From: Candidatus Hermodarchaeota archaeon
GTDB taxonomy: Archaea > Asgardarchaeota > Lokiarchaeia > Sigyniarchaeales > SOKP01
DNA: 42,838 nt
Assembly: GCA_048885535.1 (NCBI GenBank)
Contig: JBHLLO010000021.1
Span: 1 to 42,838, forward strand
Direction of reading: 5' to 3'
Part shown: piece after piece, positions 17,036 to 25,830 of the stretch
Layout of the letters: the number at the start of each line of letters is the position of its first letter
Position numbering within the stretch: the first letter of the stretch is position 1
Position numbers and translations under genes: made by a program
The notes under the pieces: model-generated
Databases searched by the model: none
The model's input: the letters and a program-made list of their open reading frames with translations, nothing else
What the model was told of the DNA's origin: nothing

Positions 17036-19324
17036 ATTGGACTTTTCAAATTAACAAAAATTAAAATAAAGGACTTAGCACCGATTCTATTGGTCATGTT
17101 ATTGCTATTTGTATCAATAGCATGTGCTAATATGCTTATCCCAAGTTATGCACAGATTCAATCTGATTTTGGCATCCCAGAGGCCCTGTTAGCTATTCCA
17201 GATGCCTTTTTTGTCCTAATTAGTGCATTTTTTGCTTTATTATGGGGTTATTATACGGATCGGATTGATAGAACGAAAGTGATCATGGCGGGAGCCTTTT
17301 CTTGGACAATTGGTATGATGCTGACAGCTACATCAAGTAACTATGTAATGCTAATAATTTCAAGAATGCTAAGTGGAGCAGGTCTTGGATGCGTTTTACC
17401 TGTTGGATATTCTATTATCTCAGATGCCATACCTCCTGATGAGCGTTCAGGATGGTTTGGTACTCTAGCCATTTTAAGTTCATTATCTAATGGTGTAGGG
17501 CAAGCCTTATCATCATTTATTGGTCCAATATGGAGAGTTCCCTATTTCTTCCCAACGTGGAGGTTTCCCTTTTTTTTATTATCTTGCATTAGTATCATCA
17601 TTGTATTTCTATTATTTTTTGTGAAGATTCCTAAACGGGGGATGAAAGAGGAAGAGTTATTGGATTTAGTCAAATTAAACCTTGAATATAGTTATACTAT
17701 CTCTAAGGAAGACTTGTCAAAAATCATTAAAAAAAAAACTAATCGTTATCTTATTTTTCAAAATTTTTTTTCCATTATTCCAGGTACAATAACAATCTTC
17801 TTTTTAACCTCAATGTTAAACATATATTACTTATATGAATTACCTTTAGAAATCCGCTTGCAAACTGCAACAATTTTGGCAGGTATTTTAGGAATAGGAT
17901 ATATTCTAGGAAATCTTATTCTTTCTTATTTGGGAGATGTGTTATATCGAAGAAATAAGAAAAATAGAACAAGATTAGGTGCGCTTTGTATGGTCTTAGC
18001 TTTACCTTTCTACTTAACAACCTTACTCTTAATTACACCAGTTAGCATAAGCGTATTAAACATCTCTTACCCTAGCCCGATTCCAACATCAGAACTTGCT
18101 AGTTATATATTCATAACATTAGGTGAAATTTTCTCAAAATATCCCAATTATATTTATTACTTTGTTTTTGGATTAATAGGAACAATTTTAATTGCAGGTC
18201 CAGTTGCGAATAGAAATGCAGTTATGATAGATATTAATTTACCCGAGCATAGAGGTACATCCGTATCATTTTTAAATCTTTCAGAACAGATTGGGAAGAG
18301 TTTAACATTATTTGCGTCCTATTTTCTAATTTCTTTTTTAGGAGGAATATATAATATGATGTTTTTCTCTATGTTTTTTTGGATACCAGCATGTTTTTTA
18401 TGGTATTTTGCCAGTCGGAGCGTAGGAAAGGATTTAACTACCAAATTCATGATCCTTTCAGAGAGAAAACAAGTAAGTATATTAGATTATATTTTTGAGC
18501 TAGAAATTCAAATGGATAGAGCTATTCAAAAAGTTCAGGATTCCAAGTATTATATCTTAACTGATCCTAAAAAGTTTGATAAATTATTAGGTGATGCTAT
18601 AAAAATATTTAATTATTGTGAAAAAGAGGGTGAATTCAGGAGCATTACTAATATAGTAGAAAAAGCGCATGATCTTAATATAAAAGCTACTTCAATTCAA
18701 ACGACTGCAAATCAAATTTATGAATTATTGCAGGATGAAAATGTAACAAAGAAAGAAAAAAAACTACTGAATGAAGATCTGAGACAAATCGAGTTAAAAA
18801 TTGCTGAAGGGGAAAAAAGTACTTTTGGAGAACTTCAGATCTATTATGAGGACGCATCTTTAAAAATTATTGAAGCTCGTTTGTCAAGAAAAAATGATTT
18901 GTTGAAAACTATGGCAAAAATACAAGAGGCAATAATAATTTATGAAAGAGTCAGAAATCTATTAAATGAAAGAGTCGAGATATTAAATGGTACATCTGAT
19001 TTATCTAAAGAGGATCAATTAGTTATTGAAAAAGAACGAGAACTTCTTAGGAAAAGCTCTAATTCTTTATTAGCAACCAAAAAACTAAATAATGAATTTA
19101 AAGGAGTTTTTAAGCAGCTAGAAGAAAATGGAATAAGTAAAAAAGATTTAGAAAAAATTTCAGAATTAACCTTAGAATATAATGTAAATTTATATAGCGT
19201 AATTAGTGATACATTTGGTAAAAATAAAGATATCAAAAAAGTATTAAAAAGAATTTTTGATAAAATTGATACAATTTTTAATGAATATGATAAGTGGAAA
19301 GAAGCAGAGTTAAAAGTTTTTTAA
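17036..19324 (+). CDS. MFS transporter fused to a ~290-aa helical cytoplasmic extension
   Basis: MFS motif A variants (WGYYTDRIDRTK; YLGDVLYRR), ISD.IPPDERS, PEHRGT, ~12 TM. Frame is open from 17033; start inferred at ATT 17036 (track gives TTG 17090). Confidence 0.85.
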   Translation: MGLFKLTKIKIKDLAPILLVMLLLFVSIACANMLIPSYAQIQSDFGIPEALLAIPDAFFVLISAFFALLWGYYTDRIDRTKVIMAGAFSWTIGMMLTATSSNYVMLIISRMLSGAGLGCVLPVGYSIISDAIPPDERSGWFGTLAILSSLSNGVGQALSSFIGPIWRVPYFFPTWRFPFFLLSCISIIIVFLLFFVKIPKRGMKEEELLDLVKLNLEYSYTISKEDLSKIIKKKTNRYLIFQNFFSIIPGTITIFFLTSMLNIYYLYELPLEIRLQTATILAGILGIGYILGNLILSYLGDVLYRRNKKNRTRLGALCMVLALPFYLTTLLLITPVSISVLNISYPSPIPTSELASYIFITLGEIFSKYPNYIYYFVFGLIGTILIAGPVANRNAVMIDINLPEHRGTSVSFLNLSEQIGKSLTLFASYFLISFLGGIYNMMFFSMFFWIPACFLWYFASRSVGKDLTTKFMILSERKQVSILDYIFELEIQMDRAIQKVQDSKYYILTDPKKFDKLLGDAIKIFNYCEKEGEFRSITNIVEKAHDLNIKATSIQTTANQIYELLQDENVTKKEKKLLNEDLRQIELKIAEGEKSTFGELQIYYEDASLKIIEARLSRKNDLLKTMAKIQEAIIIYERVRNLLNERVEILNGTSDLSKEDQLVIEKERELLRKSSNSLLATKKLNNEFKGVFKQLEENGISKKDLEKISELTLEYNVNLYSVISDTFGKNKDIKKVLKRIFDKIDTIFNEYDKWKEAELKVF

Positions 19325-19331
19325 AAAAGTT

Positions 19332-19735
19332 TTAGTTATTGAGGAATTCATTAGCTAAAATCTCTCTAAAATGTTCTTTTTCGGCTCCAGCGAGTTCTCT
19401 AACACCTTTTCCCTTTTTGTTATAATGATCTGGGCTATCATTATTTGAGAATAAATTAATTAACAAAATCAAGCAATTTTGAAGTAACAAATTGTCTTCT
19501 TTTGTAGCTTTTCCGTTAAAATTTCGCATTAATTTTATTAAAAGATTGCTTAAACAAACTTTATTAAATTGAATTGGATCAAGAGCCTTCTTGGCTTTAT
19601 TATGATAAAATTCCATAATTTGAGTTACGCAATCCATCCAACTTATACCCAATATTGGTTTTTTAAACTGATAGATTTCAGAACGTACGATTCTGAGAAG
19701 TCCAAAAAATATTCTTTTTTATTCTTATAAAACAT
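19332..19735 (-). CDS. Hypothetical helical protein, probably interrupted by a -1 frameshift near its 5' end
   Basis: Track ORF 19332-19652 (TTG) is open upstream to 19718; an ATG at 19735 starts a 30-codon ORF in an adjacent frame that overlaps it. Confidence 0.5.
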
Positions 19736-19891
19736 GATAGTACGAATATAAAAATATTTTTGATTGAATTTCACGAGAGATTAATGAAAATTAAATATTT
19801 GTGTGTAAATTTTTATGCATTTTTAAGATTGAAAAGAAAAAAGTATAAGGTTAACTGAAAATGGTAAGGAAAGTAAGAAAATAATGTATAT

Positions 19892-20449
19892 TTACAGTTC
19901 TACTTCTATTTTTTCCACAAAACTCTCTATCGATTGCTCTAAGTCAATTAAATCTTGAGTTTCTTTTATCTCGGAACTAGCAAGTTTGCTTAAAAATTCT
20001 TTTAAGATCCTCTCTTTAACCTTATCGTGTGGAAAAATCAAACTGCTTTTGTAATGTTCCCAATCAAGGATATTAGTAAAGATAATGAATAAAATTTCAA
20101 TATGGCTATAATCAATTAAGCTTTGCAATTTTTCTTTAGTGATAAGAGTTTTTGTGTGGTCTTTATAAAAATCAGATAAATCATTATAATAATTTGTGAT
20201 TCTTGCGATGTTATCCAGTTGCGTACGAAGCGCAGCCTGATTAATTGGACTTTCTTCATCCTTATACATTATTTCAAAATACGCGTTAATAAAATCCTTA
20301 AGTCTTTGAAGTTTTTGTTGGAACACCCTTGTTTTAACAATTCGTTCAAACATAGGACTTTCCTTATATTGATAAAACTTCAACTCGAACTTCAATATAG
20401 CTAAAATGTCTAAAAATAATTCCCGAATATCAATATTGCCATTTTCCAT
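19892..20449 (-). CDS. Hypothetical alpha-helical protein
   Basis: 185-aa ORF, ATG start, no recognised family. Confidence 0.75.
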   Translation of the reverse strand: MENGNIDIRELFLDILAILKFELKFYQYKESPMFERIVKTRVFQQKLQRLKDFINAYFEIMYKDEESPINQAALRTQLDNIARITNYYNDLSDFYKDHTKTLITKEKLQSLIDYSHIEILFIIFTNILDWEHYKSSLIFPHDKVKERILKEFLSKLASSEIKETQDLIDLEQSIESFVEKIEVEL

Positions 20450-20567
20450 TTTAAAGTACGAGGTTAATTATTTATTCTTAATAATAATAATTATTATTTC
20501 CCATTTAATATATTAACCTAATTCTTTTAAGCGCTCAAAGATTATTAAAATTTTTCATTTTCCTAAA

Positions 20568-21563
20568 TTAAAACTGTAAAGGGAAGGATCTATCCGGAAA
20601 AATGCGTTCCTTAGGTTCTGAGGGAATGTTTAGTGGTTTTTTTTTAACAAGTTTCTTGTAAATTATAGCTTTTACATGAACTTTGATTATTCTAAGAGGA
20701 GTACGTATCATAAAAAAGAATATATTTTTTGGGTTTTTTCTTAATTTGAGAAAGTTCTCAAAAAAAAGCTTTGCTTTTGATTGTGAATTAATAGACTCAA
20801 ACAATATAAAACGATTAATTATATTATTTAGTGTTTCGGTATCTTTGAAACAGTAGTAATTTGATGTCCTTAGCGTCCATTTTATTGCTTCTAACTGGTA
20901 TAAAATGGATTTAAATTTTTTAAGTGGAGCGATTAGCAAAGCAAAAAATGAAATAAACAGATTCATAACAGTACTCTTAAACATCTCTTTTACGGTTATT
21001 TTAATTTGAGGACTTATATTATTTCGTAAATCTTCTCCATAGAGAACTGTGCTATTGCTAAGAACATTACTTAAGACAATATTTCGAGGAGCAAAAAGCG
21101 CTGAAATAAATCTATTTACTCTGAATATTTTATGGAAGTTTCCTTGATCCCAGAACTTTTTCCTAGTTAGAAAATGGCTAACAAACATACCTGTAGAGAT
21201 TTGCAGGATATTTAATATATATCTAATTAATGAGGTATTAGCTTGTTTAAATTTATGCTTTACTTCTAAAGCCATAAAGTGCTTTTCAATTTCTTTAATA
21301 TGTCTATTAGATACACGATCTTTAAATATAAAGAGGAGATCACAATCAGAGATAATAGTGGATTCTTCTTCTTTTTCAGATCTTTGACTTCCAAATAACA
21401 TTATTGATGAAATCTTATTGACCCCGATTTCTTTATTTATAAGTACAATCACATCTTTAATATATTCTCTCGATCTCTCACTTATATTTTTTAGATTGTA
21501 AGAAATACCCCTTTTTTCGTTATTTACAGATGCAGCTGATTTGGGATCATCCAATTTGATCAA
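20568..21563 (-). CDS. Nucleotidyltransferase domain protein (Pol-beta superfamily)
   Basis: SIMLFGS-x13-DCDLLFIF matches hG[GS]x9-13Dx[DE]h; basic helical C-terminal half. TTG start. Confidence 0.8.
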   Translation of the reverse strand: MIKLDDPKSAASVNNEKRGISYNLKNISERSREYIKDVIVLINKEIGVNKISSIMLFGSQRSEKEEESTIISDCDLLFIFKDRVSNRHIKEIEKHFMALEVKHKFKQANTSLIRYILNILQISTGMFVSHFLTRKKFWDQGNFHKIFRVNRFISALFAPRNIVLSNVLSNSTVLYGEDLRNNISPQIKITVKEMFKSTVMNLFISFFALLIAPLKKFKSILYQLEAIKWTLRTSNYYCFKDTETLNNIINRFILFESINSQSKAKLFFENFLKLRKNPKNIFFFMIRTPLRIIKVHVKAIIYKKLVKKKPLNIPSEPKERIFPDRSFPLQF

Positions 21564-21624
21564 TAAAAAAATTAATTACCTATTTTATAAACCTTTATAA
21601 ATTTAGAAAACTAAAAAAATTTGT

Positions 21625-23637
21625 TTAAATGCTATTTGCGATTTTGTATCCTCTACTTACAGCTTCCATCACGGTTTCTGGTTTTCTAGCATCACCAATT
21701 TTCTGTACATCATAAGCTCCAAGTTCTTTGAGATTAGCATAAAGTTCATCATTTGGTTCTACACCTGTGGCATAATATACCATATCGACTTGATTAATAA
21801 CTTGATCTATACTGTTTGCATCTAAGTAGTTCACATAATTATCTCCAATTTCTGTTACCTTCACATTAGTTATTAAATTGACTTCTAATGCATTACATTT
21901 ATCTAGCATAACCCATTTTGTAGTTCTTCCTAATGCGGATCCAAGTTTAGGCAATTGTTCTAAGACAGTTACTTTATTTCTTGCTTTATGTAGCATATTT
22001 AATGCAATATCAGTTTCTAATGCTTTATAGAATGTTAAAAAGTCAAATGCTTCCAAACTTAATGTACCATATTTAGCTAAGTAAATTGCTAATTCAATCC
22101 CAGTTGCACCTCCACCGATTATAACACTATTTTCTCCTATAGGAGCATCTCCATTAAAAACATCATTTGCCCAATATACATTTGGTTTATCTATTCCCGG
22201 GATTGGTGGTAAGATTGGTTTGGATCCAGTAGCTAAAAATATTACATCAGGATTGAATTCCTTAATTTTATTGAGATTAACCTCTTCTTGCAAGTGTAGG
22301 ATTATACCATATTTTTGTATCCAATAAGTATAATTTTCGATCATTCTTTTGAACTCATTTCTCCCAGGAGGAATCCAAATTATATTCAATAATCCCCCAA
22401 TCTTATCATCTTTCTCAAAGATGTGAACTTCATGACCTCTCATTGATGCAATACGAGCAGATTCTAAGCCACCAGGACCTGCACCTATTACCATGACTTT
22501 CTTTCTCTCTTTAATTGGTTTCAACTCTGTTCGAGCTTCATTACCCGCTCTTGCATTTCTTAAACAGGAGACTGGTTTCATTTTAAAAATGTTATCAAAA
22601 CACCCTTGATTACAGCCAACACAATTCATAATATCTCTTAACTCCCCATTCTTAGCTTTCAAAGGTAAGTAAGGATCAGCAATTAAAGCTCTACCCATAC
22701 AGATTGCATCTGCTTTATTTGCCATCAATACTTGTTCGGCCAATTCAGGATTATTTATCCTATTAGAAGCAAATACGGGAATTGATACTCTACTTTTAAT
22801 ATTTTCTGCTAGATAGGTATAACATCCCTCTGGAACATCCATTGTTGTTTGGGGTGTTCTAGTCACGTGCCATCCACCCGTAACATTGAAATAGTCTAAC
22901 TCTTTACCTAATTCCTCAGCTATTATAGCTTTTTCTTTATAGGTATTGCTTCCTGGCACAAAATCATCCCCAGAAATTCGATAACCAAAAACAAAATCAT
23001 TGACACTTGATTTCATTAATTCAATAGTCTCAATAGGAAATCTCAACCTATTTTCAAGATCTCCTCCATATTTATCTTTTCTCTTATTTTTTAAAGGAGA
23101 TATAAACTGGTCCATTAAGTATCCTGCATTTGCACATATTTCGACAGCGTCAAATCCACTTTCTTTAGCTCGAACAGTAGCGTTAGCAAATGCTTGTTTT
23201 TCACGTTCAATATCTTCAAGAGTCATTTCTCGGGGAGTAGTTTTGCTGAACTTGCTATATACTGCTGATGGTGCTATTGGTGTTTGACCAATTATTTGAG
23301 GGTAAGTATACCCCCCTCCATGATATAATTGACATACTAATTTCACATCATCTCGAGCATTATGAACCGCTTCGGTAAATTCCTTTAATTTTGGGAGATA
23401 TTTGTCATCATCAACACTAATCATCATAGGTAAACCTTTACCATAAATGGAAACATAACAACCCCCTATAATTAACATGCCAGCACCACCTTTCGCTCTT
23501 TCAACATAAAAATCAATTAATTGTTTTGTTATGAAACCATTACTAGCATAATTGAGATTCAATGCGGGCATAACTATACGATTTGATATAGTCATATTCT
23601 TAATCTTAAAAGGCTCGAATAATTTGAAAAATTTCAT
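21625..23637 (-). CDS. fadH: 2,4-dienoyl-CoA reductase-like NADH:flavin oxidoreductase (OYE barrel + Fe-S + FAD domain)
   Basis: NRIVMPA, GYLMDQFISP..NKRKDKYGG, GGWH, CVGCNQGC...C, GAGPGG, IIGGGATG. Confidence 0.88.
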   Translation of the reverse strand: MKFFKLFEPFKIKNMTISNRIVMPALNLNYASNGFITKQLIDFYVERAKGGAGMLIIGGCYVSIYGKGLPMMISVDDDKYLPKLKEFTEAVHNARDDVKLVCQLYHGGGYTYPQIIGQTPIAPSAVYSKFSKTTPREMTLEDIEREKQAFANATVRAKESGFDAVEICANAGYLMDQFISPLKNKRKDKYGGDLENRLRFPIETIELMKSSVNDFVFGYRISGDDFVPGSNTYKEKAIIAEELGKELDYFNVTGGWHVTRTPQTTMDVPEGCYTYLAENIKSRVSIPVFASNRINNPELAEQVLMANKADAICMGRALIADPYLPLKAKNGELRDIMNCVGCNQGCFDNIFKMKPVSCLRNARAGNEARTELKPIKERKKVMVIGAGPGGLESARIASMRGHEVHIFEKDDKIGGLLNIIWIPPGRNEFKRMIENYTYWIQKYGIILHLQEEVNLNKIKEFNPDVIFLATGSKPILPPIPGIDKPNVYWANDVFNGDAPIGENSVIIGGGATGIELAIYLAKYGTLSLEAFDFLTFYKALETDIALNMLHKARNKVTVLEQLPKLGSALGRTTKWVMLDKCNALEVNLITNVKVTEIGDNYVNYLDANSIDQVINQVDMVYYATGVEPNDELYANLKELGAYDVQKIGDARKPETVMEAVSRGYKIANSI

Positions 23638-23836
23638 ATAAAACTCCTATTAATTAGATATAAATTGATATAGGTAGATATAAAAATTGATTACGACTTA
23701 AATTGTTAACTCTTATCAAAAACGTCTAAAATCTTGAAATTGTTTTAATAATTTATTCAAAATTACAGATACATTTTATCTTTACTCAAATGGAAGTGGC
23801 AAAAGAAAAAAAATTCTTAGAAATATAAATATCTAT

Positions 23837-24628
23837 TTAACGGAAGTATGAATCTGGTTCCCTATCTTCTCGAACTCCTTTCATAAAATGTTCTGCTTGT
23901 TTTTTATAGGATTCAATGATACCTTCCATTTCTTCAATCTTTTTATCCAATTCTTCAAATCCCATTTCTATATTGAAGAAGTCTTTAAGTATTGAGACTA
24001 AAGCTTTAGAAGCTTTAGGATCTAAAGCCATCATAGGTAATGGCAAGGTTTCTGCTAATAAACAAACCCCTGGTGCGTATCCCTTTTGTCCAGCCCATGC
24101 GGGTAAAATTCCATTAGCACCTGCAATAATTCCCCCTTCCATTAGAATGGTATTTTTAAACTTTAAAAAAGATTCTGTAATATCTTGATTAGTACCACAA
24201 ATATGAACCAGTGGTTCATCTCTGATTTTATCTGAGACCATCGCTCCAGTACTTACATACATAGTTATTTTGCTGCTGGTTAATTTATCCATCTCTTCAC
24301 AAAATTTCTGAGAGAAATCAAAAACACCTTCAGGTGTTTGAGGTTGATAATTTGCCGTTAGGATAAATAAATCATTTTCATTTTTTCCAGATCTTGATTT
24401 ATAATAAACTTTTGCGGTTGGAATTTCAAGGTTCCCTTTTTCAACATTTGATTTTGGTGGGAAGTCGAAATATTCGATTTCTAAAAACTCCTTTGCTTTA
24501 ATTGAATCTTTAATTGAAGTTATGGCTAATTTCGCGACTAAAGCAATTCCCGGCCAACCTATCAGAACAACTGGATTATTAATATTTTCCACATTTAAAT
24601 CAAATTTCTTATTTATGTTAATATACAT
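23837..24628 (-). CDS. PAC2 family proteasome assembly chaperone
   Basis: GWPGIALVAK, FPP, I.GANGIL, CLLAET, DPKASK; C-terminus SYFR. ATG at 24628 preferred. Confidence 0.88.
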   Translation of the reverse strand: MYININKKFDLNVENINNPVVLIGWPGIALVAKLAITSIKDSIKAKEFLEIEYFDFPPKSNVEKGNLEIPTAKVYYKSRSGKNENDLFILTANYQPQTPEGVFDFSQKFCEEMDKLTSSKITMYVSTGAMVSDKIRDEPLVHICGTNQDITESFLKFKNTILMEGGIIAGANGILPAWAGQKGYAPGVCLLAETLPLPMMALDPKASKALVSILKDFFNIEMGFEELDKKIEEMEGIIESYKKQAEHFMKGVREDREPDSYFR

Positions 24629-24650
24629 TTTTTTCACTAACTCGATACAT

Positions 24651-25694
24651 TTAAAATTCAAAATCTAAGGATTCATTGCAATGAGGACATCTTTCTGGTT
24701 TCTTTTCCATAAAAAATCCACAATATGGGCAATACAATCCCGATTCGAATTTATATTTTTGATTTATTTGATCCCCTGGCAATTCTTTATATTTTTCAAC
24801 ATCTAAATTTCGATACCGCGTTTGAAGTGGTTGAATTTGATATTGATATGCAATAGTTTTCTTAGCCTCGAGGGATCGATAAAATGTTGTGAGGAAACAT
24901 ACAAATAATGGAATTAAAAGAATATTAATCAATTGATATAAGAGATCGTATAGGATAATCATAAGATAATTTCTTGTAATAGGATCATACCATGAAGTAT
25001 AAGTAGCGTTACTAACGGCAAAATCCAATAATGGTTGAAATATAAAGAGATTAATAATGAAGGGAATTCCAAAGGTTATCAAAAATATTCCTAATAGTTT
25101 CCATAAGGATCCTTTAGCAATTATTTTAGCCTCCTTCAATGGTTTTTCGATTTTTTCATCACGATAAGTAAATATCGAAAAAATAAATAATTTAAAAAGA
25201 ATTATTCCTGGAATAAGTAATATTGTTCCCAGTGGAACCACGAGTCCAATAATAATCAATACTATAAATAATTTAGAATTGAAAGAAGCTTTTAGTTCTT
25301 GGAAAAAGTTAACATCAAAACCTTTATATTTCTTTAAAAGGTAAGTACTGACTGAACACATTGCCAAAACTGTGAAAAACGCTCCAATAATAAAATCAAT
25401 AATCACCATTCCAAATGTTAATGACAGATAACGTAAAAGAACTTGGAGATCGGCATTAGTAATACTATATGGATCTTTATTTAGAATAATTTCTACTTCA
25501 CTAGTAATTAAATATTGATTCCAAATTAAATCTGGTAAGATTAAATCTTTAATTATGATTGAAATAACTGAAAATAAAGCCATAGGAACGATAATTTTTA
25601 ACCAGTTTTTTGCAAACAAAATATATCCATCAGTCAGAATTTCACGAAAAGTTTTATATGCAAATCTGTGTAATTGTTGTATATCCTCCGACAT
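24651..25694 (-). CDS. Polytopic membrane protein with C-terminal zinc ribbon
   Basis: 5-6 hydrophobic segments (LLIPGII, KGSLWKLLG patterns), tail YCPYCG...RCPHCN. Confidence 0.8.
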   Translation of the reverse strand: MSEDIQQLHRFAYKTFREILTDGYILFAKNWLKIIVPMALFSVISIIIKDLILPDLIWNQYLITSEVEIILNKDPYSITNADLQVLLRYLSLTFGMVIIDFIIGAFFTVLAMCSVSTYLLKKYKGFDVNFFQELKASFNSKLFIVLIIIGLVVPLGTILLIPGIILFKLFIFSIFTYRDEKIEKPLKEAKIIAKGSLWKLLGIFLITFGIPFIINLFIFQPLLDFAVSNATYTSWYDPITRNYLMIILYDLLYQLINILLIPLFVCFLTTFYRSLEAKKTIAYQYQIQPLQTRYRNLDVEKYKELPGDQINQKYKFESGLYCPYCGFFMEKKPERCPHCNESLDFEF

Positions 25695-25830
25695 AATGTC
25701 TATTATTTTCGTAATTATTTATAATTTTTTAAATGAAAAGGATAATTATACTACTATGAATTTAAGTTATTTAATTATCTACTAATAGAAAGAATTTTAT
25801 CTTGAAAAATTAATCTTCTCACTATCTTAA

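Noticed and set aside
16036-21563. Genomic island integrated at tRNA-Ala
   Set aside because: No integrase or transposase, no duplicated tRNA 3' end seen in the window, and no obvious compositional shift.
20568-21563. CBASS cGAS/DncV-like cyclase call
   Set aside because: Only the generic Pol-beta motif is visible and there are no recognisable Cap effectors or E1/E2/JAB genes nearby.
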